Source: Lingula anatina (taxonomy: Eukaryota > Animalia > Brachiopoda). From it: a DNA stretch of 64,000 nt. This document shows positions 13,901 to 26,907 of this stretch, piece by piece. The DNA is taken from positions 42,076,788-42,140,787 of the forward strand of contig CM120640.1 of NCBI GenBank assembly GCA_051362555.1. The letters run 5' to 3'. How positions within the stretch are numbered: the first letter of the stretch is position 1; each line of letters opens with the position of its first letter. The notes under the pieces were generated by a model. The model made no database searches, was not told the origin of the DNA, and saw nothing but the letters and a program-made list of their open reading frames with translations. Made by a program: the position numbers and the translations under genes.

Positions 13901-16900
13901 CATTTAGAGTACTTGTAGATGTTAGAATTTCAGTGTTTTTCATTATCATTATTATGTTATTATCTTTATTATTTGATTGGTTTTTGGGGGTGTGTATGGG
14001 AAACATTATGACATAACAAAGGTTGTCTTCTTTACAAGATCTTGTACTTTGTACTGCTTGGAATTTAATCTAAATGCTATGAATTACAATTAACTGGATT
14101 AATCAGATTAAGGTATGACATCGTGGTATTCTGACATTGGAAGCACTCATTATACTCTTTCGTTAAATTGAGGTCACTTAATTTAGAACAGGTGATGCTA
14201 GTAAATAAAGCTATTGATAAAAATGGGAAAGGAAACACAGGCAGGGGTAGGTGAAAAGATGCACCTGCAGAAAATAAAAGAGTATAAATAAGGCAACCAG
14301 ATGCAAACATTTGTTCAGCGACTTGCGGATCAATATGCAGCTATAAATGTTGCAGAAATTCTTATCAGTCTTGTGCATGTAACTTTCCTGTAATTCCCAC
14401 ACATGCCATGTTACCTGGTTATGGAAAGCCTGCAATCTATGATGACATTGGAATATCAATTATTCACCTGGAGAAGTGTTAGGCAAAAATAAGGCATTGG
14501 ACAATCAATAATTAGTGGCACCTTATTTAGTTGTTGGTGTCACTGGAGGGAAAGAGAGAGAGAGCAGTTAAATCTATTTGTGATGAGCAACCGCCTCAGT
14601 AATTTGTACTACTGCCTTGAGGAAGTTTATTCTGGGGACCCCATGTGACTGCCTCTGTATATAGACAACACCAGCCCAGACCACTTCAGCTTTTGTGAAT
14701 CATTGACTCCAGTTGTAATTGTTCTATACCTGGTGGTGTGGTGGAGTTTGACCCTCTTATTGGGAGGAACTCACCTCAATGTGTAACTACTGGAATGTTG
14801 ACTTCCTAATGGCTCTGAAAGGGCCAGATCAAGGTAAAGTATTAATTAGAACGGAAACTTGGAAGATATAAAATAATCATTTGTGTTTTCTAGGCAGTAG
14901 TTGGGTATAGGGGAGCACACTGGGAGAAGACAGGCCATACCTGTAACAATGTTATCTGAAACTGATGCAGATAATGTCTGTGTACATTGAATGGTGGGAC
15001 AGATGAACTCTGATCTCGGCTAATATCATGGTTGGCCACGGGCAAATCGGATCATTATTGGACTAAATCCAAATAGATTATTGCTGTTCAGATAAATAAA
15101 AAATAATGCAGATATTATTTTCAATATATTGTGTTGCCCTTGACAATTGTGCTTTAAAAAGGGGGTTATCAATCATAAGATAAGTGTAAGAGATAGGAGA
15201 CAAAAAGTATGGTTTGTAGTTGTGAGGTTAATTAGTGCCAAGACCCCAAATGAAAAAGGATAATATTTTAACAATTAATGAGGTTATACTTTGATTTATT
15301 GCCAGTAATTGCATGTCATGTTCACCAGCAGTTCTACTTATAACTTCATTTAACAAGATCTCCTTGGAATACTGTGGACTCCATTAATTTTACACCAACA
15401 GGTGTCCTAATCAGCATGATGTCATAGATTCAATATTTTGTGATGTCACACCCATGTATGCATTGTTATTAGTACTAACTTTAGTGGAGATGTATGCAAA
15501 TAGTTACTTTGGATTTAAAAGAAAAAGAATTTATGAAATATTTAAGGAACATCACATGATTCACTAAGATGGTTGATATTATATTACTCTGTAGACATGT
15601 TTACACACTCAACCTAAAATAGAAATGACCTAATATCAGCATTGCTGCATTGTGAATACTACCTCAAATCAATTTCCAGGCACATTAAAACAATCTTTAA
15701 AAACATTCATGAAATGAAATGGTACAATAGGGGTTTTATCATAAAAGCTCAGGGACAATTAATGCTGTGTATCCAGCAGTCATTCTCATGGAGGGGATGG
15801 GGGGGGTCTGTTAAAAAAGGACGATTATATGTATCTTATTGTTTTGGGGAAAACTATTTTATTGCTGATAAAAAATGTGGGAAAGTTGAGTATTTGTGTC
15901 CATTGATTGAGAGTAAGAATGAAGTCTTTGCTTTGTTTATAGTAGTTTCTGTTATGTTAATGTAGCAGATGCCTTATAGGTGTTGCCATTTTAAAATTAT
16001 GAGCCAAAAAATTCAGGCTATCATGTACATGGGGTTGTAACAAAATAATGTACAATGTGTATTTAAGTTATCTTTATTGTGTAAAGTGCTCTTTTGAGCT
16101 CGTTGTGTCTGGATGTGTATGTGCGTGTGTGTTTCAAGTGCTGCGACCTACATGATTGGCAATATAAAACAAGTTGTAGATTAACTTGGGTTTTCATGGG
16201 GTATTATATCTTGGAAAATTTACAGAATGGATATGACATTGCGGATTACTAATGACATGCATGCGCAGGCCTGTCTAGTATAATGTTTTTTGAGTTCCAT
16301 ATAAAGCAATTGTTCTATGTAGAGCGTTCCAATTACACAGAGACTCACTGAATCCAATTAAATTTAAAGATAAACATGCCTCCAACAGGTATTGATTAAA
16401 ATACAGAAAAACTAGTGATTATATGAGGAAACTTAGGAAACAGTTAAGAGGAGGCATGTTAATCTTAGTTAATGTCAGAGTGTATTCAGAACAGAGGACT
16501 AACTGATCTGCCAACTAAATATGGCCGACCCCACTTCAAAAGTGATGCCGCTAATTCCTGATGGTCTCCCCACCATATTTAGTCAGCGGATCAGTTAGCC
16601 TGCAGATTATCTGTTGTGCATAAGTTCTTATTTTCATTGGGAATGAGTCCATAGATATACACATTTAGGTGTCTACATGTCAGCAGTCTCCACTGAAATT
16701 TGTGCTCTGTACATGCTCAGTTTAAAGTTATGTGCATGGTCATCCACTTCCCCATTTGAATGTTATTTCAGCAGTGGCGCCTCTCATGCATTTCACGTTA
16801 CCAATCTTAGCTGCTACAAGTGTGCTCAATTTGATATAAGCATAAGTGGATGCTGTTTGTAAACTGTGTCTCTCAATGGGTAACGCAATGTTTCCCAGGT

Positions 16901-19900
16901 TTATATTTCATTTGGAAGCAGGCAACTTTATGCAAGTTTTGCAATTAAAAAAGGAGCAGAGATATTTAATAAATGTTTCTCAAAAGATGGTTTTTAAGCA
17001 GAATCATTAGTTTAACATCACGTTTTCTGAAACCCCATTGAGCTCCCCTGCATAGCTCTTTGGTCTTTGATTGATTTGTGATTTATGATGTGTTAATCTT
17101 AAGCAAAGCACACCCATGTCTCTCATTGATAACATTTCTGTCCTTGCAAAGGGTTTCAATTATTTCTTTTATTGCAAGTTGGCTAGGTAGTAAGATACTA
17201 CAGATATTAAATTAGAGCACGCATGGACAGTGAAGGGAAGAGTTTGGAAGTTTATTTAGGTACAAAACTGTGCAGATAATCTTATGGGTAAATAATATCT
17301 TTTCAGAAAAATCGGTGTAGTACCATTACACATGATGAATCAGCCAATTTTTAGATCTTATGGCAACTTTTATGGAGGTTGCAAATGTAACATTTTTTAC
17401 AAAAAATGACAACTTAAATGATTTATGATAAAAACTTGAGATGACTTGATGTAAATTCTTTATGAAGAAATACTCTATTTATATTTGATAATTATACATA
17501 TATGTCATTTTGTATATCATTACATATAAGGTATTAACTTTTTTTTTCTTTTCAGATCGGACCAGTCTGAGTTCACAGCCTGATGACACACCCAGGGAGC
17601 TGGTCAGATGTGAGTGTTGTTGACATTGTAAACACTGGCTTTGAAATCACCTTTAAATTGTAAAATCTTATATTTTGTGTCAAGTTTGAGTTTAAATATT
17701 TTTATAAAGTTTAATTTGCATATATGTGATTATTTTCTTTTAATCCCTGAATTATAATGTCCATTTTAATGATGATTTCTGCATTTTTGATCATTTTTCC
17801 ATTTTTTATTTAACCACTTAGTTCTTGGTGTGAATGATAAGTTTGTTGGAACATTTAACAGTTTGTCACTAATTTTGCTTGGGAGACTCCTAAAAATCTG
17901 TAAAGAACAAGGTGGCATTCCCCATTTTGTTTGCTGAGCTGTAGCATGAAACACACCATGGATGTGCTGTAGCTAGCAGGTGTTCCTGATTATATTATAT
18001 TATAACACATCCTGGGTAAAGGCATATGCTCAGTTAATTCAACATTTGCGCTTTCATCAATTGTTCTTGAGAAGTTTGTATAGAAATATTTTTGTTTGCA
18101 TGAATATTGATTTTGGAATTATTTTGATATTGAGCAAAAGTTCCTAGAACTTTTGTCTTTTCTAAAAAAACTGAGGGTAGAAATTTATGGGGATACATTA
18201 AGAATTGATCAAAAACCTTAAAATATGTACAGGAACAAACTTTTTACCATCAAAACAATTTAACTAGAATTTGAAACTGGAGAAGAAGATGAAAGGTACT
18301 TTACAGCCACAATCCTTATTGGTATATATCTGAGATAGTAGTGGCTGTACACATTATGATTATGGCCCAGTAGTCTGTGCCATTTAAACCCACGCCTCCC
18401 AGTCAATGTATTATACAGCTGACTCATAGGAAAGGTTAGCAGTCAGTTTGGAAGCTTCTCCACTGTAATATTTGCCAAGTAAAATAGAAAAAGGTAAGCA
18501 GAATATGAAGTTCAGGAACAGATATTGCTAAACTTTGGCCATTGCTTTATGAAATTAAAAATCTTATTCTGGAAATGTAAGCATTTTTGGAAAGCTTGTC
18601 TGTTTTTTTTTAAAGTAAAAGCTTTAGCGGTATACTTGCTTATGGAGGAGCAAATTAAGTTTATGAAGCAGACAGTGCAACATTTATCATGGAAGAACTG
18701 CTCCCAGAAGTAGGGGTCAGCAAAAGTTCTGGGATTTGCTTTTTAGGTTGGGGAGAGGGACAGTAAAAAGGATTATAAATACTAAAGAGAAGAATGGTTT
18801 ATGTGTCCTCTTTTTCTGGAAAATGTCTAATTCAGTTTGAAACTGTAAATTCTCTGACAAGTATAGGAAAATGCAACTTTCTTAGAGCATGCCTTATATG
18901 TACTGGAATCTATTCCAAGGGGAACTTATAAACTGAGTGGAGGTCTTTGCATATTATGCCCCGTGCATGTAAACCTAGCCCTGGAAATTTGTCACTGTTA
19001 TGTACAGAAATATTAATTATGACCATGATAAAAGGTTCTTTTTTTAAGGATGTAGCCACGCAATATGATCATGCATGATTGCAAACACATACTTATTTAT
19101 CTAATGAATAGAGAGAGTTTGCCAAGTGTTTTTCCGTGTTAGTCTTTCCACTGTCTGGAACAGCCACTGTAATAAACCTTGTCAATTGGGTGTATTTTTC
19201 AACAGAAATGCAAGTGTTAAGAGTATGTTTTTGTAATGTGTCATCTGTAGGTTATCCTGGAAACGGGCATTTTAAGGCCAGATATGAATTTTTTACCTTT
19301 CTCCCTTGTCTGTTATGACTGTGCCATCTTAGTATAACATGATTGCTGTTTTGAATTACAAACATTCCAGACTGATTGGGTTTGCCTAAGCCTGGGGCCT
19401 TTTAGTTTTATTTCTAGTTCTTTCAAGTGAGAATTACACATAGCACAGGTAAGAAAATGATTTTTGCAAAACTTAAAGGCTATTTATCCGGAATCCAGGT
19501 ATTCTGTTTCCTTCATGGGGAAGTTTGTGCATTTCATAATGTAGACAGAGGAATGTGAACTATTTGCTAGAATGTGAATCATTAAGGTAGGAGTAGGTAG
19601 GTAGTGAAATACCACTTCAGAAGTCAACACTGACAGAGTGAGATACTACATGTCAAGACGTAATAGGTCTGTTAAGGATCATCTAATAAAATATCACTAA
19701 CTGTCATTCTACTCCTTCAACTCTGCCATTCCTTATATTTTTAATTGCACATATAGAAATGGTCTGCTGGCATTTTCAGGTGCATTTGTGACCATGTCTG
19801 TAGATGAAAGAAATGTAGGAATATTCTGTGATTATATATCAAAATATCCACTTATGAAACTTGTACTTAAGCATATTAATTTTATGTATTAAGATTAGAA

Positions 19901-22900
19901 ATTAACGTGCCACAGATGTTCTCTCCTTGTCATTCCAACAGAGGTGGGCGACATTTACATGCTCTGTTCCAGGTTTTCTGCACTTTTTTTGCATATTTTT
20001 CCAGCCTATAAATAATGTTGCTTTATACATGTCTTTATCTCCCCGCTGACCTTATATATTGATAGGGACTCAGTAGGGCAACTGGAATACAACTTCTTCC
20101 TTACGCAGCTCAAAAGCAAACCTATCTTCTCCCGTCTTAAAGAAATGTTCTTCTCCATGTATCTGAAAGAAATAGGCTGGCTGGCATTTTGGTGGTGTAG
20201 TGATTGCTGGATTTGTCTGGGATCACAGACTGCACACCAGGCAATAGAAAAACAGGGTTACAGTTTATCTCGGTGCTACTGGGGATTCTACAAATTATAC
20301 GCTTTTTTTTTTTTCTCAGCCCAGACTTTTGGATGGTTCGACTTTGTAGCTGCTTAAATTGAAGTAATTAAAAATAATTTTGAATCATGCAGTAAAAAAG
20401 AAATATTCAAATTAAACAAGAAAATGCTTCGCTGACTATTTGGCTTTGCTAGGATCTGGCTATTAGTCTGAATAAAATCTGGGTTTGTTCGTGATTAATG
20501 CTTGGCCATGGTTGGTGTAAAAAATACCTGTGTAGGCTGTGTGCTGGATTTCATAGGAACTCGGGTGAAAACAACTCATATCCCCTAACAGCTGATCATT
20601 TGTTATCGCCACTCTTTGCCAACTTAATTTCGCAGGAAGGAGACTGGAGTGGATGGTTTGGCACCAAGACCTTAAGCTCTTTGTTGAGTCTCACAAAGTA
20701 GTTAAAAGTTATTATTATTACTGCATGTTACAATGTCATCAGTGAAGGATGCTCTTAGTAGATTAGGGAAGAAAACCAAACAGGAGTTAACTAAGCCAAG
20801 TGGACCAAAAGCAAGTTCTGCTACAAAACAGAAAAGCGAACCTCAAGAAATAACAGGTAGTAAACTTAACGGTAGGCATATGAACTGGTAAGAACATCTG
20901 GAACATAGGAATAAGAGGTTGAGTTAAGCTCTGATGGCTAAGAATTTCAAAGAAATCTGTGGTTCATTTCCTTCCTTGGATGTTTTGTAAAGGTATTGAA
21001 ATTGCAATTGGCAGAGAATTGCAATGGGCCTGGTTCATCAGACAGTGATAAAATGATATGACTGTTTAGGTTCTGCAATATTTATGTGTTTCTTATTCCA
21101 CTATTTCTGTAGGTTTGTGAATTCATATTGCTAAGCAATAGGTATGTTTTGTTAAGCATTCCACATCTAGAAGGTGGTTCAGTATTTCAGCAAGTGGGCG
21201 GAAGCTGACAGTGCACCACCTAGCTTTTTAAATGAATGGAACCCATATACTTAACCCATCAACAGTTTGACTAAAATTCTTTTAGTTTAACAAGTATTCC
21301 TTAAAAATCATTTAAGCAACAATGGTATTAATGCAATAATGATGCACAATATTGGTGGGCGTTTTGGTAAATAACAGTATGTCTAGCACCAAGGGTCAGA
21401 CTCAGCAGGTGAGGTACAGACTACTTAATATAGCCAGATGTGCTTCACCATAACTCACCTGTATAGATTAGGTTCACATCTGAGCAGAATCAGGCATGGT
21501 TACAATGGTAGGAAGTGGGGCAAATTCAATTCTCATATAGGAGAGTCTGTGGATGTTTTAAGGGAAAAAAAGGAATGTTGAAAGTGAAATTAAAAATGAA
21601 TTGAAGATATTGCTAACACTGATATTTCTACTAAGTGCTAAATGTTGAAAAATTATGCTTTCTTGGTTATGTATTTTTGAAGGAAAAGAAGGAAGTAGAT
21701 CTGCAGATGGATTTACGTGCATTCCCTCTTGAATCTGAAACTTATTAGGTTGTCTATGGACTTTTAAGGAAAATGTGTTTCATTTGTAGTATACTAAATG
21801 TACCTTGACCTTCCTTACAGCTGAAGACCACCAGGATGATGGTTTAGAGAGCTGCCCAAGTTTAGGAAATTTGAAGTCTAAGTTTGACGGTCCAGGTGCC
21901 AAAGCTCCCCCTCCACCACAGGTGATGGCCACTAAGAAATCGACTGGCCCCAAGGCTAGTGGACCAAGGTGAGTACCTTACTTAAGCCTAGCACCTTTCC
22001 TTTAGCTGTTGCACAAAGGTGAGTACCTTACTTAAGCCTAGCACCTTTCCTTTGGCTGTTGCACAAAGGTGAGTACCTTACTTAAGCCTAGCACCTTTCC
22101 TTTGGCCGTTGAACAAAGGTGAGTGTCTTACTTAAGCCCAGCACCCTTCTTAAGGATGCAGGACCATTATATGTACCTGTTTAAAGCCTAGCTCCCTTCT
22201 TTAGGCTGAAGAAGCATCATAAGTACCTAACTAAAGACAAGCACCTTTTAGGCTGAAGAACCAGGATAAGCACTAAAGCCCACAGACTAAAAAAAAAAAC
22301 AACCTGAGCACCTCATTTATGCTATAGCCTAACACTGGCCAGAACCTGTAGACCAACTTTTGAATTAAATGCCTTTGCAAAATGTGGACCAATGCTATAT
22401 TTTATAGTTGGATGTAATTTAATGACAAAAACGAGTCCCAGAGTTTGTGTGAACCTTTGAATGAGTATGTAAAGTTTGTATGGTCATAGTTGGATCAAGA
22501 TCACATCAAGGACAACAGGAAGGAAATGACATTGGCATCTTGACAATACTTGTGTTATTGAGCTGGAAATCCAGAAAAACTAAATTGTGTTTTGCCTCTT
22601 TGTATAAAACAATGGAAATTGGACTGACAATGCCTATCACACAGCACATTAATAACGACCATCAATTGCTGTATTTCGATCACAGGGTGTTAAGCAGCAC
22701 TTCCCTTGCTGAACTTTGATCAAATTATGCTATACACAGCAGGAGAATGTGAACATTAGCTCTGCTTTAGATGATAAATGTCTTGTATCATATACCACTG
22801 GTTGGGCTGATATCTATGCAGCTACAACTGTAGTCTGCTGCAGTTCATCACTGGTACTGGCCCCTCTAGGCGTTAACTTCCCAGTCTATGTCCACCACTA

Positions 22901-25900
22901 TGCAGTCAACTCTCTGTGATGATGAACTTGGCAAGGACAACAACAATGGTTGTTATAACAGGTAAAGCAGAATGGTTTGGAGCTGGGAAGTCCTTTGACA
23001 GTAGAATGTCATAGAAGATGTATTATGTCATTCTTATCTCAGATGTTTGTGAATGCATGCAAGTATATGACCAAGTCTTGTAAGATTTTCATGAATCAAT
23101 AACAGATGTGTGATAGTATTGTTTGTATTTAGCTAATCATTTTTCTTAGTTCCTATTACTATTAGGCAAATGTGTTGAAGATTACAAGTGCAGGTTTTAT
23201 TCTTTTTGCAGTAGTGTTTCCTCTGCTAGTTCCCCTAGTGAACAAGGAACGCCTTCAAGTGGTGAGGAACGTGAACTTTTACGGGAAAATCTTGGGGAGA
23301 AGGAGGAGGTAATAAACAATGGTGACAAAGATACTGAAGAGAGTAAGGTAAAAAACACACTCATTTTCTAGGCATGGTTAGATGCACTATTGAATATGAC
23401 ATGAAGCAGACTTGGGGTGTCCAAACTGATGGGCACAGACTAGAGGTATGAAAAAAAAATTGTTTGCCCCTCCCTATAAACTGCTATGAATTATGATAAG
23501 TAACATATAATATGAAAGAGAAAGATACAAAACTCAAGAGGAGAACTGAATATGATGTACAATATTTCCTTCCACTCCCAGTTTATTTTCAACTTCACAT
23601 TTTCATTGTTCTTTGAGAAGAAAACTTAATTATTCCACCCAGTTTTGTATGATATTAAATAAGGTTGTCTTTTGACATCTAATTCCTAACAAAAATTTCA
23701 AATGTGATCTTGGGTACAATCACCCCCTTCTCAGGTTCAACCCCCCCCCCCCCCCCCCCAACTTCCCCTCTCTTTAACATAACATGCATTGTTCTTATTC
23801 TAGCTGTAGTTCACATTTGTCTTCAGTTCTCTCCCACCTGAACACAGATCACAGACACCACTTCTATCCATACTGATCACTGTCTTTATGGTCACTGCTT
23901 TTGTCTCTATTTCCTCATATTACATCTGGTATTCTTATCCAATTTGGGCACCCCCATAGCTGGCAATGACATAGTTTGATAGTGAGATATAACATGTATT
24001 GGTGTCTTGAATGCATAACCTGGCCTTGACTAGAGAGAGAGATCACTTGTGGTCAGTCTAGTGACTATGGCATGAACTAATAAGCATTTTCTGTAGAATA
24101 ATGAAAAAAAAAAGAGAACAGTAGATGTACAGTTTAGTTGTGAACATGATGTTGCTCTTGAGTTCTGAAGGAGATTCTGTATATAGCAGTACATGAATTG
24201 GTTGACACATGAGACTAATTTTGGTTCTCCCAATACTGTCTTTATAAAGTGCAGTGTAGTTCTATTGTACATCAGTATAGCAGAGTACTAGAGGTACATT
24301 TGTTTGAAGATCAGCTGTAATAATAACCAGCATGTCTTAATTTGCAATACAAAAGTCCTAATACCAGAATAGGACAAGATTGATATAACACATACAAATT
24401 GTGACTCATTTTAGTGGAGTTCACTTTTTAATAAGCATGAAACACATTTGAAAAATTGTAAAAAGTAAATGTAGAGATATTTCTTATTTTCATTGAGTAC
24501 TCTGAATTGCATATTTCTTAACATTGAAATCATTGATTTGAATGACAAAGTTGCTATTAACAACTCCCCATAGGTTGTAGAATAAAGAGATGGATGTAAA
24601 CTGGCTGCAGTGTTCACATATAATATGTGACTAATAATTTGATGAATTATCCACTTTGTTATAACCAAACTGGAAAAAAAAAACTCTGGTGGCGGCTGAT
24701 GGTTTTTAGATTATATCATTTATAGTAAATGTTTCGTAAATGCTACCTCACTGGTGATTTTGATCTCAGTATTTTTCAAATTAGAGATATATTGATTACA
24801 GACAGACAAAACTACATGAAAAGAGTATTTGCTGTAGGTAGTCACAAAAACTTGTTTATGTCATGTATTTGGAAGATAACCTTTTCACCTCTTATTTCAG
24901 ATCCACTTTGAAGGGATGAAGGACATCATGTCCAAGTGGCAGACTGGGGATGTCATCAGAGGTGAAGGGTCCTATCAACGCGATGCCACAGATTTAGACG
25001 AAGTGAGAAAGGCCAAGTCAGCAGGCTCATTTAAGTCCAAATTCGATGCCCCTGGCAATAAGCCGCTAGCGTATGAAGCCTATGTTCCAGTGGTAAAAGA
25101 AAAAGAAGAACCAGTGCAACAGATAGAGAGACCAAAACCTGTGAATGTTGATATGGAAGATAACCATGAAGCTGAGCTCCCTCCTCCTTCCCACACCAAG
25201 AATCTACTGGCAAAGTTCAAAGAGATCCAGACAGGAGGGACAGTACCCACTTATGATAGGAAGCCCCCTAAAAGAATTACTCCTCCACGTGAAGATCAAC
25301 AATTGGCCCATCAAGATTCGGATGAAGAAAATGAGGCTCCGCAAGATCCAAATCTGGTGCGGTCTGGGGATAAAGCAAATGCTGAGGAAGCACTACCCCC
25401 TGCTGGCTTTGCAAAAAATTTGCTTGGAAAATTCCGATCATTGGAAGAACAGGCTGCAAACCAGCCACCACCAACTCCAGAACGGACTAAACAAACTCAG
25501 AAATTTGCAGTGAATGCTCAACGGACTACTTATAATTATTCTGCATTTGTCGTAGCTCCTGCAGTAAATCCCGACAAGCCGAGAGAGAAAACTCCAGAGT
25601 TTGAGGCAGGCATCTTTGAGAACAAGCCAGTGAAAACAGTGGAGGATTATGAGCAGCAAATTGAAAGTGGGGAATATGAGAGCAATCCAGAGGTGCAGGA
25701 TGGAGTCGCAAGAGAAGGCAGCCGCATTGTGGAAACTGAATTTCCAGAATATGGCTACACAAAAAATGTTCTTGCCAGGTTCAAGAGTATGCAAGAAGAA
25801 GCAGCCAAGAAGGAGTCAGAGAATGTTGTGTTGAGAAAGAAGGTGAGTTTGCATGCATGGTGTAGCATTCTGCTTTTTGTCATGTATTCATTGCTGTTCT

Positions 25901-26907
25901 CAGTTTGCAAGGGGATTTTTGAGAGACCATTTGCTGTTGCTGAATTAGACCCGTTTTATGTTCATGTTTGTTTGGCTTGTGTTGCTTGTCATTTCAGTAA
26001 GGAGTTTTTTCATAATGACTTGATTACCTTAATTAGTTGTTTTTAGTTACAGTGAATTTTTGTGCATCATTGAATTTAAGAATTGCATCAGTTTTATAGC
26101 AACTACCTCTTTTGGTATAAAAACCTCCATTTCTTATAGCCCTAGTTTATATACATATTATTAATTTACACCCAAATGTAGATAATTTCAGTGCATGAGA
26201 CCTTTGGGCATGGTGCAGGATTCTAAAGAATATATGAGCTTCTCATACACGTATGCTAACATACTAACCTCACTATTGTTGTGTGAAATTGTTTACAGTC
26301 TGAGGTGTCTGAGAAGCCTAAGCCAGTGAAAGGTGGTGTAACTAGAACCTCGCTATCTAAAACGCCTCACTCTGAGTCTCGGGACAGTGTGCATAGCGTG
26401 GAGAGTTTAACTAAGTCAGACTCGAGTAGCCTGGGCAGTATTCCTGATAGATACCATCAGGAGCATGGTCAAAACCATGGCGAGGTGGTCAGAGAGGTTG
26501 ACCGCAATGATGAAAATGAGCTCCCCGAACATGGACTGACCAAAAATCTGTTAGCAAAATTCAAAACCCTAGAACATGACAACCCTGATGTGCCTCTGCC
26601 TACTACGCCAAAGTCTTCTTCAGATGTCACTCGACTGACGCCACGAGAAGTGCGTATTTCCTCTGCCTCTCATGCTTCTTCTCACTGGAAACACGATGAC
26701 GCTCACTCGGACACAAGTTCTATCACCAGTGACCACCCCCCAAGAGATTCCATGACATACAGCAGTGACAGTGGTCAGTATGAAGACTCCCCTGACCACT
26801 CACAGAAGGACATCATGTATAATGCTGACAGCAAGGAGGAAGATGACCTGCCTCCCCCTAACATGACCAAGAACCTGCTGGCTAAGTTCCAGGGACTGGA
26901 GGGATGA
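1910..26907 (+). CDS. Multi-exon gene for a ~1001-aa acidic, low-complexity protein with N-terminal endocytic motifs and C-terminal TKNLLAKF-type repeats (putative actin-associated scaffold; resembles repeat regions of invertebrate LIMA1/EPLIN-like proteins, but no LIM exon found)
   Basis: Phase-compatible GT-AG exons: 1910-2065, 2613-3083, 7439-7537, 7720-7774, 7981-8114, 9842-9994, 11437-11485, 17556-17609, 21821-21968, 23212-23347, 24901-25842, 26299-26907 (3006 nt, one open frame from ATG to TGA). These overlap ORF-track entries 1823, 2595, 24916 and 26305. The family resemblance is from memory, not a search. Confidence 0.8.
4698..4955 (+). CDS. Candidate alternative first coding exon of gene 1 (MAKSMLHRRFSDPVLPYRP...GSCETKSEF)
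   Basis: ATG in gacATGg context, 86 open codons of protein-like composition, and a TTT|gtatgt phase-0 donor compatible with acceptors at 5936 and 7439. Confidence 0.55.
5936..6181 (+). CDS. Candidate cassette exon of gene 1 with non-canonical GC donor (or terminal exon ending at TGA 6214)
   Basis: tag acceptor at 5933-5935, phase 0, acidic ORF DFMHDVVLDPQRLL...HALSE. It is followed by GAG|gcaagt, the GC-AG donor consensus, in phase 0. Confidence 0.55.
13226..13322 (+). CDS. Candidate alternative first exon of gene 1 (MEYLCFMLPFSKCPCAKTHPGARKTVRKPSAT)
   Basis: caacATGg start, open frame, and a CAG|gtgagg donor in phase 1 matching the 17556 acceptor. Confidence 0.35.
20733..20856 (+). CDS. 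Candidate alternative first exon of gene 1 (MSSVKDALSRLGKKTKQELTKPSGPKASSATKQKSEPQEIT)
   Basis: acaATG start, 41 codons + 1 nt, and a CAG|gtagta phase-1 donor matching the 21821 acceptor. GPKAS recurs in the next exon (TGPKASGP). Confidence 0.5.
21966..22280 (+). repeat. 50-bp tandem repeat containing the exon 21821-21968 splice donor
   Basis: Unit aaggtgagtaccttacttaagcctagcacctttcctttrgctgttgcaca; GT donors at 21969, 22019, 22069 and 22119, followed by degenerate copies. Confidence 0.9.

Noticed and set aside
21966-22170. Regularly spaced repeats resembling a CRISPR array
   Set aside because: The units are contiguous with no unique spacers, the context is a eukaryotic intron, and there are no cas genes.
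25031-25794. Several antisense and alternate-frame ORFs over the large exon
   Set aside because: They are shadows of the real coding exon.
25843-26046. Hydrophobic tail of the 376-aa ORF resembling a transmembrane anchor
   Set aside because: It lies after a consensus AAG|gtgagt donor, and T-rich intron sequence naturally translates as hydrophobic residues.
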